A stretch of DNA of 64,000 nt from NCBI GenBank assembly GCA_965205505.1, contig CBDBHB010000009.1:2080001-2144000 (forward strand), given 5' to 3'. Of this stretch, positions 29,087 through 40,125 are shown in pieces. The DNA comes from Acidobacteriota bacterium. GTDB lineage: Bacteria > Acidobacteriota > UBA890 > WLXD01. Under the pieces are notes generated by a model, which searched no databases, was not told the origin of the DNA, and saw only the letters and a list, made by a program, of their open reading frames with translations. Position numbers and translations under genes: made by a program. Every line of letters begins with the position of its first letter. Within the stretch, counting starts at the first letter, position 1.

Positions 29087-30609
29087 TGGCTGGCGGTGGA
29101 ACGACGGTGTTGGAGCTCGACGGTCGTACATTGCGGCTCGCCGATGTGGAACGGGTGGCGCGATCCGCGGGCGCAGAGGTGCAGTTGGCGTCGTCGGCCC
29201 GCGAGGCGATGCTTCGTGCACGGAAACAAGTCGATGCGATCGTAGACTCGGGCGAGCCGGCGTACGGGGTGAACACCGGCTTCGGGCACTTTGCCGAGGT
29301 CAGCGTGTCGGCAGACCAAGTGAGGGAGCTGCAGCTGAACCTGGTGCGCTCACATTCGGTTGGTACCGGCGAGGCGCTGCCAGCTGAGACCGTGCGGGCG
29401 CTGCTGCTGCTGCGTGCCAATGTCATGGCGCGCGGCGCCTCCGGCGTGCGCCCGGCGGTCGCCGACCAGATGCTCGGGCTCCTGCGTGCCGACGTTCTTC
29501 CGGTGGTACCGCGGCAGGGTTCTGTGGGGGCGTCCGGTGACCTGGCGCCGCTGGCACATCTGGCCCTGGTCTTAGTCGGGGAAGGGGAAGCAATGATCGA
29601 TGGCGCGCGCGTATCCGGCGCTGCAGCCCTCCAGCACGCCGGGCTGGAACCTCTGGAGCTTTTGGCCAAGGAGGGTCTGGCGCTGGTGAATGGCACCCAG
29701 GTGATGGCGGCCCTCGGTGTAATCGCCAGCGGCGAGCTGTTGCGGCTGTGCAGCATCGCCAACGTGGCTGGCGCTCTCAGCCTCGAATCGCTGCGGGGCA
29801 AGAGTGGACCGTTCGATCCGGTTGTTGCCGAGCTGCGGCGCCATCCCGGTCAGGCGGTCTGTGCCGACGAGCTACGCCACCTCCTTCGTGGCAGCGAGTT
29901 GGCCAATGCGGACCCCACACGGGTGCAGGATTGCTACTCACTGCGCTGCATGCCGCAGGTACACGGCGCCGCGCTCGACGCCTGCGAGATCGTCAGGCAG
30001 GTACTTCGAATCGAGGTGAACTCGGCCACCGACAACCCACTGGTGCTCGAAGACGGGCGGCTGCTCAGTTGCGGGAATTTCCACGGCCAGCCCGTTGCCC
30101 AGGCGCTTGACTGGCTAGCGATGGCGGCGGCCGACCTCGCCTCGATCTGCGAGCGGCGCATCAATCGCCTGCTCAATCCAAAGCTCTCCGGCCTGCCGGC
30201 GTTCCTGGTGCGCGACGGTGGCGTGCGGTCCGGGTACCTGCTGGTGCAGACGGCGGCGGCCGCGTTGGTAAACGAGACCCGTACGCTGGCGATGCCGGCG
30301 AGCATCGACAACATTCCGACGTCGGCCGATCAGGAAGATCACGTATCGATGGGGGCGTGGAGCGGCTGGAAGGCGGTGCTCGCGGTGACGAATTGCCGCC
30401 GGGTGGTGGCCATGGAGCTCCTGTGTGCCGCCGAGGCGGTGAGCTTCCACCAGCCGGTGCTGCCAGCCTCGAGGCTTGGCGATGCTCATGCGTGGGTGCG
30501 GGAGCAAGCCCCGGCGCTCGACGTCGACCGGTCGCTGTCGGCCGATATCGAGAGGCTGGCCGCCCTCCTGGCGGAGGGCACACTGCTGCACCGAGTGGGG
30601 CTGCTTTGA
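29086..30609 (+). CDS. hutH: Histidine ammonia-lyase
   Basis: YGVNTGFG, NLVRSH, GSVGASGDLAPLAH (MIO), QEDHVSMG; start coupled to the upstream stop. Confidence 0.93.
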   Translation: MAGGGTTVLELDGRTLRLADVERVARSAGAEVQLASSAREAMLRARKQVDAIVDSGEPAYGVNTGFGHFAEVSVSADQVRELQLNLVRSHSVGTGEALPAETVRALLLLRANVMARGASGVRPAVADQMLGLLRADVLPVVPRQGSVGASGDLAPLAHLALVLVGEGEAMIDGARVSGAAALQHAGLEPLELLAKEGLALVNGTQVMAALGVIASGELLRLCSIANVAGALSLESLRGKSGPFDPVVAELRRHPGQAVCADELRHLLRGSELANADPTRVQDCYSLRCMPQVHGAALDACEIVRQVLRIEVNSATDNPLVLEDGRLLSCGNFHGQPVAQALDWLAMAAADLASICERRINRLLNPKLSGLPAFLVRDGGVRSGYLLVQTAAAALVNETRTLAMPASIDNIPTSADQEDHVSMGAWSGWKAVLAVTNCRRVVAMELLCAAEAVSFHQPVLPASRLGDAHAWVREQAPALDVDRSLSADIERLAALLAEGTLLHRVGLL

Positions 30610-31358
30610 GTCGCAGCGCGGCGGACGTCAGGCGCACTGGGACGGCTGCGATTGCGCTCCTGGCGGCATTCGCGTGCGGGGCCGAATCGGTTTCGATACA
30701 GCGCACGCGCGAGGTAATCGACGACCTTACGGCGCATGAGTTCGGTGCCGCATCGAGTCGCTATCGGATGTACGAGTCGGAGGTACTGTCCATCGAGGCC
30801 GCTCCAATCTGGCGCCGAGCGCTGGCGCATTCCGACGCGACGGTTCGCGAGTGGGCAGTGGATGCGCTGTCGCGCATCGGCGCCGCGGAAGACGTGGACC
30901 GCATCGCTGACCTGCTCGAGGACACGTCTCGTGGCGTTCGGCAACAAGCGCTGGATGCCTTGATACGAATTGATCCCAGCGTTGCGACTGAGAGCTTCCG
31001 CCGCCGCCTGGAAAGCTCGGTGCCCGAGCAGGTCGTGTTGGCGGCCCAGGGTCTGGCGCAGGCTGGCGCGACGGACGCGGCTCTGGCAATTCTGCAACGC
31101 GCCGGCGACATCACGTTGCCTCCCAGCACGCGCGGCGCGCTGATGCAGCCCCTAGCGGCCATCGGCGACCCGGTTGTCGTTCCCGCCCTGGTCGATCTGG
31201 CTCTCGACGATGCGGCCGACCCACAGCTACGGCGTCTCGCTGCGGAGGCTGCGGTGGCGATCGACACCGCAGATCCGCGTGTCGCCCTGCGCCGGCTGGC
31301 CAGCGCCAACGACGACTACGTACGGGCGTTCGGTGAGCACGGTCTCGAGCTGCAATAG
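30606..31358 (+). CDS. HEAT-repeat putative lipoprotein
   Basis: LLAAFAC lipobox-like site; repeats VREWAVDALSRIG, VRQQALDALIRI. Confidence 0.7.
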   Translation: MSRSAADVRRTGTAAIALLAAFACGAESVSIQRTREVIDDLTAHEFGAASSRYRMYESEVLSIEAAPIWRRALAHSDATVREWAVDALSRIGAAEDVDRIADLLEDTSRGVRQQALDALIRIDPSVATESFRRRLESSVPEQVVLAAQGLAQAGATDAALAILQRAGDITLPPSTRGALMQPLAAIGDPVVVPALVDLALDDAADPQLRRLAAEAAVAIDTADPRVALRRLASANDDYVRAFGEHGLELQ

Positions 31359-31373
31359 GAGGGCGAGCGCCGG

Positions 31374-32336
31374 TTAGCCTGCGGCGGGCTCCGGCAGAGG
31401 GAGCCGCGATCTGATGGCGGTGAGGGCCGCCGCGGCTGCGGCGCGATGATTGTCCAGTAGTGCCCACAGCCAGCTGCCCGCCGCATCTTCACGGATGCCG
31501 CAGACATGTAGCTCGGAGCTACCGGCAACTCTCGTCGGTGAATCGATTGTCTCACCGTCGGGGCTTGTCGCGTCAACGCAGACCCCACCCCGGCGGAGGG
31601 CGTCGCGCAGCTCCTCGGCCGAAGTGTCGGGCAAGTAGATGCTGGCACCGGTGGCGTGAAAAACCGATACGCGCAGAGCGTTGAGGGCCGGTGCCAGCAC
31701 GCTGAGGCTGCCGAGCTGCTGCCTGATCGCTTCTGCGGCGCCGACGGGTGGCGTGGCGTCGAGCCAGGCATCGAAGGCCAGGCGTCGTCCGAAACTCTCT
31801 TGCGGGCTGTCGCTTAAGCTCAGCATCGCCGCGGCCTGGCTCGCCAGCTCCTGGGTGGCGACGTCCGATAGCTCGGAAGCGGGCAACAGGACCGTCACAA
31901 TCGCACGGACAAAACGCTTGCCGAGGGCACCGGCCAGCGTGGCCAGCAACAGTGTTCCCGCTTGTGGTACGACCAACAGGCCGCTGGCTTCGGGGCTGCC
32001 GTCGGTGTTGATCAAAGTCACATCCGCGGCGGAGTCATGGGCGCGCGTGCAATCGATCACCGTGCCTCCCGCGGCGACGACGATCGGCGCAAATCGCTGG
32101 GCGGCGGCGTGGTCGCCGCAGAAACAAACCAGCTGATGCTCGCGCAGCGACTCCTCGCCGGCCTCGAGGACAACGCGCGCCTCATCGCCGTACTTGGTGA
32201 TGAGGCCGATCTGGTCATCGAGGTCTAGCAGCTCAACGGTCCCGCCGGGGTAGCCAGTCGTCGAAAGCAGGTCCTTGAGATCGCCGCCAAGGACGCTCGA
32301 CGAACCCACCAGGGCTAACCGTGTCGGTGCAGTCAT
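31374..32336 (-). CDS. Aspartate-semialdehyde dehydrogenase-like (Asd/USG-1-like) protein
   Basis: Rossmann-type start, RVSVFH, WALLDN; catalytic PNCS motif absent. Confidence 0.75.
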   Translation of the reverse strand: MTAPTRLALVGSSSVLGGDLKDLLSTTGYPGGTVELLDLDDQIGLITKYGDEARVVLEAGEESLREHQLVCFCGDHAAAQRFAPIVVAAGGTVIDCTRAHDSAADVTLINTDGSPEASGLLVVPQAGTLLLATLAGALGKRFVRAIVTVLLPASELSDVATQELASQAAAMLSLSDSPQESFGRRLAFDAWLDATPPVGAAEAIRQQLGSLSVLAPALNALRVSVFHATGASIYLPDTSAEELRDALRRGGVCVDATSPDGETIDSPTRVAGSSELHVCGIREDAAGSWLWALLDNHRAAAAAALTAIRSRLPLPEPAAG

Positions 32337-32406
32337 GTCTCGCTGCGCCGCGCTACCGCCGTGAGCCGTGCGTCGACGTAGTCATTCGATCGGATTCGAA
32401 GCTGCG

Positions 32407-32643
32407 TCAGTGCGTGACCTTGGTGGCCTCAACGGCGCGTGCCAGCACGGCCATGCGGTCCTTGATCAGGAGCTTTCGCTTCTTGACGACGTTTTCTTCG
32501 AACCAGTCCTGTTGAGTAAAAGGTCTTCGGTTGGCGATCTGCTCGAGTTGTTGCTCGTATTCGTGGTGCTCTGTATCAAGGCGCCTGAATTCCTCGTTTG
32601 AGTCCCTCAGGCGCGCCCGGTTTTCGGTCTCGAGCAGCTCCAT
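32407..32643 (-). CDS. DUF465 (YdcH-like) protein
   Basis: EFRRLDTEHHEYE...KKRKLLIKDRM. Confidence 0.8.
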   Translation of the reverse strand: MELLETENRARLRDSNEEFRRLDTEHHEYEQQLEQIANRRPFTQQDWFEENVVKKRKLLIKDRMAVLARAVEATKVTH

Positions 32644-32728
32644 ACCATCCTCCTCGTCACAGGTTGGAAGGTCGAGTATCGCTATCGTATCACGCAGTCG
32701 GGAGGTCTCGATCCTGGCTCAGTCCGTC

Positions 32729-33463
32729 TCATCTGGATCGTCGCCGTCTGCTTTGGGTGAGGTTGTCGCGCAGCGGAGATGGACCGGGTACTGCATCTAC
32801 TGGGCGGATGTAGAAGGGCTCTAGTGGCGTCACCTGATCGTCGCCAGCAGCGGCTGCGAGCCGCGCCACCGCGCCGGCGAGAAGTGCGGTAGCAATCGGT
32901 CGCGTCGCCGCCATGACATGGTCGTATACGGCGACACCAGGGCCGGCGGATGTTGGCGAACTGTCTCCGAGACGGTCGATGAGCTCGGCCGGGGTCAGCA
33001 AGTCGGGACCCCATTCGAACACCATTCCGGCTGCCGGTGTTCGGTCGGCGAAGCTGAGCGCCGCATACAGCTGACCTCGCCGCGCGTCGACGATCGCCAG
33101 CACCGGGCCCGGTGCTTCGCGGCTCGCCGTGAAAGCCGCATCCACCAGGGCCTCAAGTGTCGTAATACCGACTGGCGTTGCGCCGCTGCCGCGGGCGAGA
33201 CCAGCGGCGGTGGCGATGCCGACGCGGATTCCGGTGAAGGTGCCCGGCCCGATGCTCGACGCAATCCGGTCTACGTGCGTCAACGAGACGCCGGCATGGT
33301 CAAGGACGGTGTCGATCCCCTCGAGGATCCACGCGTCGGTCTGCGGCCCGAACGGCCCGGTGGTGCTGGCTAGCAGCTTGCGACCGCGTACCAGCGCGAC
33401 GCTGGCGGGCGGTGTGGCCGCGTCGAGTCCCAGGACGAGGGGCGCAGTCGATGAGGCGGTCAC
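32729..33463 (-). CDS. tsaB: tRNA t6A biosynthesis protein TsaB
   Basis: GPGTFTGIRVG, DARRGQLY, LEPFYIR. Confidence 0.92.
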   Translation of the reverse strand: MTASSTAPLVLGLDAATPPASVALVRGRKLLASTTGPFGPQTDAWILEGIDTVLDHAGVSLTHVDRIASSIGPGTFTGIRVGIATAAGLARGSGATPVGITTLEALVDAAFTASREAPGPVLAIVDARRGQLYAALSFADRTPAAGMVFEWGPDLLTPAELIDRLGDSSPTSAGPGVAVYDHVMAATRPIATALLAGAVARLAAAAGDDQVTPLEPFYIRPVDAVPGPSPLRDNLTQSRRRRSR

Positions 33464-33574
33464 AGAATCCGGACAGTGAAGCGAGCCGTGGCTGTGGGCT
33501 CAGGCATGCGTGATAACCTTCCGCTCCCGCTGCGATGCCGGCTCCGGCGCCCCGCCGCTACCGCACAAAGGACC

Positions 33575-36211
33575 ATGGCCGAAGCGTCGTCTCCGATGAT
33601 GCGGCAGTACCACCGCATCAAGGCGTCCCATCCCGACGCCATCCTCTTCTTCCGGCTCGGAGACTTCTACGAGATGTTCTTCGAGGATGCGGAGCTTGCC
33701 AGCGGCGTTCTCGATATTACCTTGACGGCGCGGCATCGTGGCACGCCCAACGAGGCGCCGATGTGTGGCGTACCCCATCACAGCGCCGACGGGTACTTGG
33801 CGCGTCTGCTCGAGGCCGGCCACAAGGTAGCCATCGCTGAGCAGGTGGAGGACGCTGCGCAGGCCAAGGGGATGGTGCGGCGTGAGGTCGTACGGGTGTT
33901 GACCCCGGGCACGCTGGTCGAAGACGACCTGCTCGACAGTCGTGACAATAACTATGTGATTGCGGTAGGCGAGCGCGGCGAGCAGGTAGGCGTAGCGGTG
34001 CTTGACGTTTCCACCGGCGAGTTCATCGTTGCCGAGTTCGACGGCGACAGCCCTCGTACCCGGGCGCGGGAAGAGATTGCTCGCTGGGCGCCGAGCGAGG
34101 TCTGCCATCCGGAGTCGGACAGTCCTGCAGACTGGCTGGTTCCGGAGGAGCGCAGCCTACCGTCGGTGCAGGGCGTTCGGACATGGAGCCCACTGGCCGA
34201 CTGGAACTTCGATGCGCAGCGCGCCCGCGCCGGATTGTGTGAGCACTTCGGGGTCTCGTCGCTGGACGGCTTCGACCTGAGCGGCTGCGACGTCGGCGTG
34301 GCGGCCGCCGGTGCGCTGTTGCGCTATGCGTCCGAGGAGAGCCACAAGGCCCCGCTCCGCCACGTTCGATCGATTCGCCGCTATCGCGACCGTGAGGTGC
34401 TGCAACTCGACGAGACCACGCGACGCTCGCTCGAGCTCACCGCGTCCTGGCAGCAGGGCGGGCGCGAGGGCTCGCTGCTCGCGGTGCTCGATCGTTCGGC
34501 GACGGCGATGGGCGGCCGGAGATTGCGGCAATGGCTGTTGCGACCCCTGCGCGATCCCGGAGCCATCGACGCGCGCCTCGAGGTGGTCGACAGCCTGGTG
34601 TCGGCGGTGCGACTTCGCGACGCGGTGCGCGAGGCGCTGCACGCCGTGCACGACATCGAGCGCCTCACGACGCGCATCACCATCGGTTCGGCCAACCCAC
34701 GCGACCTCTATGCGCTGCGCACTTCACTGGAGGCGCTGCCGGCGGTGGTCGATGGCCTGTGCGAGCTTGCCGACACGCGGCTCGGCAGCCGGTTGTCCGA
34801 TCGGCTCGATCGCTGTGAAGACGTTGCCGCGATCATCGTCGCTCGCCTAGTGGACGAGCCACCGGTAGGCCTAAATGCCGGAGCAGTGATTCGCGAAGGG
34901 TACGACGAGCGGCTGGACGCACTGCGCAAGATGCGTGCCGAGGGTAAGGGGTTTATCGCATCGCTGCAGACCACGGAGCGTGAACGCACCGGCATCACCT
35001 CGCTCAAGGTGCGGTTCAACAAGGTGTTCGGCTACTTCATCGAGATCTCCAAATCCAACCTCGCCAAGGTCCCGGAGCACTATCACCGCAAGCAGACGCT
35101 GACCAACGCTGAGCGCTTCATCACCCCTGAGCTCAAGGAATTCGAGCAGACCGTGCTGGGGGCCGAGGACAAGATCGCCGCCCTGGAGCAGGAGATCTTC
35201 GCCACGCTACGACAAGAGGTTGCTGGCGAAGCGGAACGGCTCCACCGTACCGCCGACGTATTGGCCACCCTCGACGCACTCGCCGGCCTGGCCGACGTTG
35301 CGGCACGCGCCGGGTGGGTGCGGCCAGTGGTTGACGATGCGCTCGTGCTCGAGGTGCGCGGAGGGCGCCACCCGGTGGTCGAAGCTTTGCAGCCTGACGT
35401 GCGCTTCGTGCCCAATGACGCGTATCTCGACGGCGGCGAGCATCGTATCAAGCTGGTAACCGGGCCCAATATGGGCGGCAAGTCGACGTATCTCCGCCAG
35501 GTGGCGTTGATCGTGATCCTGGCGCAGATGGGGAGCTTCGTCCCGGCCGAGGGCGCTCGAGTAGGCGTTGTCGATCGCGTGTTCACACGCGTTGGCGCCA
35601 GCGACAACCTGGCGAGGGGCGCTTCGACGTTCTTGGTCGAGATGCAGGAAACAGCCAACATTCTTAACAACGCCACGCCGCGCAGCCTCATCCTGCTCGA
35701 CGAGGTTGGACGAGGCACCAGCACGTACGATGGCCTGTCGATCGCCTGGGCGATGGTGGAGCACCTGCACGATACTCGCCAGCTCTTCTCGCGCACTCTG
35801 TTCGCGACCCACTATCACGAGCTCACAAAGCTGGAAGATCGGCTGAGCGGACTGACGAACCTGCAGGTCGCGGTGCATGAATCCGCCGCCGGGGTCGTGT
35901 TCCTGCATCGGGTGGAGCCAGGGGCTGCGGATCGGTCGTATGGAATCCACGTCGGGCGGCTGGCCGGGTTGCCTCTTGCCGTCGTGTTCCGGGCCGAAGA
36001 AATATTGGCGGAGCTCGAAGGGCATGAGAAAGGCGTACCGGCCCCTCCGGAGATCGCCGTGGAGACGCCGCAGATGAGCCTCTTCGTACCGGAGCACCCA
36101 TTGGTTGAGAGATTGCGCCAGCTGCAGCCGGAATCGATGACTCCTCTCGAGGCCCTCGAGCAGCTGACCCTCTGGAAGCAGCAGTTCGGCGCTGACGAGT
36201 CCAGGGAGTAG
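33575..36211 (+). CDS. mutS: DNA mismatch repair protein MutS
   Basis: SPMMRQY, GDFYEMF, TGPNMGGKSTY, LDEVGRGTST, FATHYHEL. Confidence 0.98.
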   Translation: MAEASSPMMRQYHRIKASHPDAILFFRLGDFYEMFFEDAELASGVLDITLTARHRGTPNEAPMCGVPHHSADGYLARLLEAGHKVAIAEQVEDAAQAKGMVRREVVRVLTPGTLVEDDLLDSRDNNYVIAVGERGEQVGVAVLDVSTGEFIVAEFDGDSPRTRAREEIARWAPSEVCHPESDSPADWLVPEERSLPSVQGVRTWSPLADWNFDAQRARAGLCEHFGVSSLDGFDLSGCDVGVAAAGALLRYASEESHKAPLRHVRSIRRYRDREVLQLDETTRRSLELTASWQQGGREGSLLAVLDRSATAMGGRRLRQWLLRPLRDPGAIDARLEVVDSLVSAVRLRDAVREALHAVHDIERLTTRITIGSANPRDLYALRTSLEALPAVVDGLCELADTRLGSRLSDRLDRCEDVAAIIVARLVDEPPVGLNAGAVIREGYDERLDALRKMRAEGKGFIASLQTTERERTGITSLKVRFNKVFGYFIEISKSNLAKVPEHYHRKQTLTNAERFITPELKEFEQTVLGAEDKIAALEQEIFATLRQEVAGEAERLHRTADVLATLDALAGLADVAARAGWVRPVVDDALVLEVRGGRHPVVEALQPDVRFVPNDAYLDGGEHRIKLVTGPNMGGKSTYLRQVALIVILAQMGSFVPAEGARVGVVDRVFTRVGASDNLARGASTFLVEMQETANILNNATPRSLILLDEVGRGTSTYDGLSIAWAMVEHLHDTRQLFSRTLFATHYHELTKLEDRLSGLTNLQVAVHESAAGVVFLHRVEPGAADRSYGIHVGRLAGLPLAVVFRAEEILAELEGHEKGVPAPPEIAVETPQMSLFVPEHPLVERLRQLQPESMTPLEALEQLTLWKQQFGADESRE

Positions 36212-36276
36212 GCTTGTCGGCGGTCGATGCAAACGCGACGGCAGGTGCGCACTGCGAGCGGAGTAGCTGATCTACG

Positions 36277-37413
36277 ATGGATCTGGCGCTGGGGCTTATC
36301 TCGGGAACCTCGATGGACGGCATCGACGTGGCCCTCATCGGCGCCGAACGCGACCCTTCAGTGTTGCCGACCCTTGCCGGGTTCCGCAGCCGGCCCTACG
36401 AGGAGGATCTGAGCGCCGAGCTGCGTCTGTGCCAACAACACGGTGAGATTGCCCACTTGGCGCGCTTGAACGTCGCGGTCGGGGAGGCATTCGCCGAAGC
36501 GGCGCTTGCCTTGCTCGATGAGCTCTCGGTGCGGGCCGATGAGGTGCGGTGCATCGGGTCTCATGGTCAGACTCTGGTGCACCTGCCCGAGGCGGTCGAG
36601 CTGGGCGGCCAGGTTGTGCGCGCGTCGCTCCAGATCGGCGATCCTTCCGTGATCGCGGCGCGCACCGGCATCACAACAGTGGCCGATTTTCGCGCCATGG
36701 ACATGGCGCTAGGCGGTGAGGGGGCGCCGCTGGTGCCGCTGCTCGACTGGCGCCTGTACCGCCATGCAACGCTGGGCCGCGTCCTCTTGAACCTCGGGGG
36801 TGTGGCGAACGTCACCGGTCTACCGCCGGGGGCGCCTCTCGGCGCGGTGATCGCGTTCGATACCGGGCCTGGCAACGTGTTGCTCGATGCTGTCGCTCGT
36901 CGCCGCCACTTACCTCGTGGGATCGACGTTGATGGACAGTTGGCGTTGTCGGGGCAAGTGGTGCCGCAGCTGTTAGAGGTGCTGCTGGCCGACGACTACT
37001 ATTCACGTATGCCTCCCAAGTCGGCGGATGCGGAGCAATTTGTGCTGTGCCTGCACGACGAGGGCATTTCGGATCTCGCCACAGCAGACGTGCTCGCTAC
37101 CGCGGTGCAGCTGACAGTGACCTCGGTGGTGGATGCGGTGGAGCGCTGGATCGCCCCACACCAGCCGATCGACGAGGTGCTCGTGGCCGGCGGGGGAGTC
37201 CACAATCGGGCGCTCATGGACGGGTTGCGCGCCCGATTTTCGTGCGTCAAGCCGGTGCCGCCTGAAGACGGGATTCCGCCGGATGCGAAAGAGGCAGCAG
37301 CCTTCGCTGTTCTGGCGCTGGAAACCTTGGCCGGACGTCCAGGGAACGTCCCCAGCGCTACCGGCGCGGCCAGAGCGGCGGTGCTGGGTTCGGTGGTCCG
37401 CGCGCCAGTCTAG
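36277..37413 (+). CDS. anmK: Anhydro-N-acetylmuramic acid kinase
   Basis: SGTSMDGID, GSHGQT, GGEGAPLVP, FDTGPGN. Confidence 0.95.
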   Translation: MDLALGLISGTSMDGIDVALIGAERDPSVLPTLAGFRSRPYEEDLSAELRLCQQHGEIAHLARLNVAVGEAFAEAALALLDELSVRADEVRCIGSHGQTLVHLPEAVELGGQVVRASLQIGDPSVIAARTGITTVADFRAMDMALGGEGAPLVPLLDWRLYRHATLGRVLLNLGGVANVTGLPPGAPLGAVIAFDTGPGNVLLDAVARRRHLPRGIDVDGQLALSGQVVPQLLEVLLADDYYSRMPPKSADAEQFVLCLHDEGISDLATADVLATAVQLTVTSVVDAVERWIAPHQPIDEVLVAGGGVHNRALMDGLRARFSCVKPVPPEDGIPPDAKEAAAFAVLALETLAGRPGNVPSATGAARAAVLGSVVRAPV

Positions 37414-37525
37414 TGTCCTGAGTCAGTACCCTGCGAATCGCAGAATAGCGAGGTCTCGGGGGCCAGGGGGAAAACCGGCTGCATGGTAACATCGACGCTC
37501 CCGCAGCCCCTCAGGAGGTCCGCGC

Positions 37526-38506
37526 ATGGCTGCTCTCGAGCCAACTCCCTACTTGTGGCACAACGGCAAGTTGATCCCTTGGGCCGAGGCGACGGTACAC
37601 GTCGGAGCGCACGCGCTGCACTACGGCTCTTCGGTGTTCGAGGGCATCCGTTGCTACAAGACCGAGCGCGGGCCGGCGGTATTTCGCCTGCCGGAGCATT
37701 GCCGGCGTCTGCTCGATTCGGCGCGAATCTATCGGATGGAGCTCGACTACGACGCCGAGCAACTGGCCGCCGCCTGTCTGGAGACCATCCGTGCCAACGA
37801 GATGGAGCACTGTTATATCCGGCCGATCGCCTTACGCGGCTACCATTCCCTCGGGGTGAACCCGCTTCCGTGTCCGATCGAGACGTACATCATGGTGTGG
37901 GAGTGGGGCGCCTACCTCGGCGAGGAGGCGCTTGAATCCGGCGCCGACCTGAAGGTGTCGTCGTGGAATCGCATGGCGCCAAACACGCTGCCGTTCATGG
38001 CCAAGGCCGGCGCCAACTATATGAACTCGCAGCTTGTGAAGATGGAGGCGGTGACGGAGGGTTTCGCCGAGGCGATCGCGTTGACACCCGCAGGCGTCGT
38101 ATCGGAGGGCAGCGGCGAGAACATATTCCTTGTCCGTGACGAGGTGATCCATACTCCCAGCACGGCTTCGTCGATCCTCCCGGGGATAACCCGCGACTGC
38201 GTCATCACACTTGCTCGTGACCTCGGTTTTGAAGTCCGCGAGACGGATATTCCGCGTGAGATGCTCTACATCGCTGACGAGGTGTTCATGAGCGGCACGG
38301 CCGCCGAGATCACCCCGGTTCGATCGATCGACCGCATCCAGATTGGCCTCGGCCGACGCGGGGTAGTGACCGAGCAGATCCAACGACGCTTCTTCGAGAT
38401 CGTGCAGGGACGAACCGACGATTCGTACGGTTGGCTCACGCCGGTCTACCCAGAGGCGAGCGCCGAACGGGCGGCGTCGTTAGCGGGCGAAAGCTCGGTC
38501 GCCTGA
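37526..38506 (+). CDS. ilvE: Branched-chain amino acid aminotransferase
   Basis: [34 protein letters not shown]. Confidence 0.96.
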   Translation: MAALEPTPYLWHNGKLIPWAEATVHVGAHALHYGSSVFEGIRCYKTERGPAVFRLPEHCRRLLDSARIYRMELDYDAEQLAAACLETIRANEMEHCYIRPIALRGYHSLGVNPLPCPIETYIMVWEWGAYLGEEALESGADLKVSSWNRMAPNTLPFMAKAGANYMNSQLVKMEAVTEGFAEAIALTPAGVVSEGSGENIFLVRDEVIHTPSTASSILPGITRDCVITLARDLGFEVRETDIPREMLYIADEVFMSGTAAEITPVRSIDRIQIGLGRRGVVTEQIQRRFFEIVQGRTDDSYGWLTPVYPEASAERAASLAGESSVA

Positions 38507-38515
38507 GGAAACAAC

Positions 38516-39637
38516 ATGGACCTCGATACGCTGCTCTGGGACGCGGTTGATCGCGGCGCCTCCGACTTGCACCTGCGCGCCGGTAGCCCGCCGATGCTCC
38601 GCGTTGATGGTGAGATCGAGCCGGTTGACGGTGAGGCGTCGCTGACGGCGGCAGACACGAGCGCCCTCGCGAAGGAGATCCTGCAGGATCATCAGATCAA
38701 TTTCGAGTCGATGTGTGAGATCGATGTCGGCCATGCGGTGCGCGAGCTTGGCCGCTTTCGCGTGAACATATTTACCAACAGCGGTCAGATAGGCATCGTG
38801 CTGCGAATCATGCCGCCGGAGCCGCTAGGGCTCGAGGAGCTCAATCTGCCGCCGGTGCTGTCCAAGGTCGCGGAGGCCAATCGCGGCCTCGTGCTGGTGA
38901 CCGGAGTGACCGGGAGCGGCAAGTCGACGACGTTGGCGGCGATGATCGACCACATCAATTGCAATCGACGCCGCCACATCATCACGATTGAAGATCCGAT
39001 CGAGTACGTTCATGTTGATCGGGACAGCCTGATCACCCAGCGTCAGCTGGGGCTCGACACCAACTCGTTTGCCGACGCGCTGCGCGCCGCACTGCGGCAA
39101 GACCCCGATGTGATCCTCATTGGTGAGATGCGCGATCGGGAAACCATCGACGCAGCGGTGCTCGCTGCCGAGACCGGTCACCTCGTGTTCTCGACGCTGC
39201 ATACGGTCGATGCCCCGGAAACGCTCAATCGGATCCTGGCAACCTACCCGCCGTACCAGCAGGAGCAGGTGCGTACTCAGCTGGCCGACGTGCTGCGAGC
39301 GGTGATCTCCCAACGGCTTTTCAGCCGCATCGACGGTGAAGGACTGGTGCCGGCGGTCGAGGTGCTGATCAATACGAAGTTCGTCTCCGAGTGCATCCGC
39401 GACGCCAAGCGCACACAGAGAATCCGTGACGCGATGTCGGAGGGTGGTGATCGGTACGGAATGCAGACGTTCGATCAGTCGATCCTTTCGCTATGCCAGC
39501 GCGAGCTCATCTCGGAAGAGGTAGCGGTGGCCGCCGCCACGGTCCCGAATGACCTGAAGCTGCAGCTGCGCGGCATCGTGTCGGGGAGCAACCGCGGACG
39601 CGGTATCCAGGGGGCCGATCCGTCGCGGTCCGGGTGA
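38516..39637 (+). CDS. pilT: PilT/PilU-family type IV pilus retraction ATPase
   Basis: ASDLHL, GVTGSGKSTT, TIEDPIE, ALRQDPD, GMQTFDQ. Confidence 0.9.
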   Translation: MDLDTLLWDAVDRGASDLHLRAGSPPMLRVDGEIEPVDGEASLTAADTSALAKEILQDHQINFESMCEIDVGHAVRELGRFRVNIFTNSGQIGIVLRIMPPEPLGLEELNLPPVLSKVAEANRGLVLVTGVTGSGKSTTLAAMIDHINCNRRRHIITIEDPIEYVHVDRDSLITQRQLGLDTNSFADALRAALRQDPDVILIGEMRDRETIDAAVLAAETGHLVFSTLHTVDAPETLNRILATYPPYQQEQVRTQLADVLRAVISQRLFSRIDGEGLVPAVEVLINTKFVSECIRDAKRTQRIRDAMSEGGDRYGMQTFDQSILSLCQRELISEEVAVAAATVPNDLKLQLRGIVSGSNRGRGIQGADPSRSG

Positions 39638-40125
39638 GCCGTCAGCCGAAGCGGACCGCTTTCGCGGATGCGCTGAGGATTATCGGCCTCCGCGACCTGA
39701 GCGCGCGCCGCCTGGAGGAGAGATTGCGGGCGCGCACATACACCTCCGACGAGGCCGTTGCTGCGGTGGCTCGTTGCGTCGAGCTCGGCTATGTGAACGA
39801 CTACAAGTTCGGTGTCGACCGCGCCGGAGCGATCCTCAGACGCAGACCATGTGGACGATTGGCGCTACATGGCGACTTGCAGCGTCAGGGACTGCCCCGG
39901 ACAATGATCAGCCGGGTCGCCGACGACGCCTATGAGGAGGCCGGCGGCGAGCGTGGGATACTCGCCGAGGCGGTGCGTCGCTGGGTGGAGCAGAAAGGTG
40001 AGCCGGTCGATTGGCCGAGTATCCGTCGGTGCTCGAATCACCTGGGACGACGCGGTTTTGCGGGAGGCGATGTTCAGACGGCGCTATCCCGCTGGCTCGA
40101 TGACCTGAACACTAGTGGCCTGTAA
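39634..40125 (+). CDS. recX: Regulatory protein RecX
   Basis: GYVNDYKF, HLGRRGF; usual position upstream of alaS. Confidence 0.75.
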   Translation: MSRQPKRTAFADALRIIGLRDLSARRLEERLRARTYTSDEAVAAVARCVELGYVNDYKFGVDRAGAILRRRPCGRLALHGDLQRQGLPRTMISRVADDAYEEAGGERGILAEAVRRWVEQKGEPVDWPSIRRCSNHLGRRGFAGGDVQTALSRWLDDLNTSGL

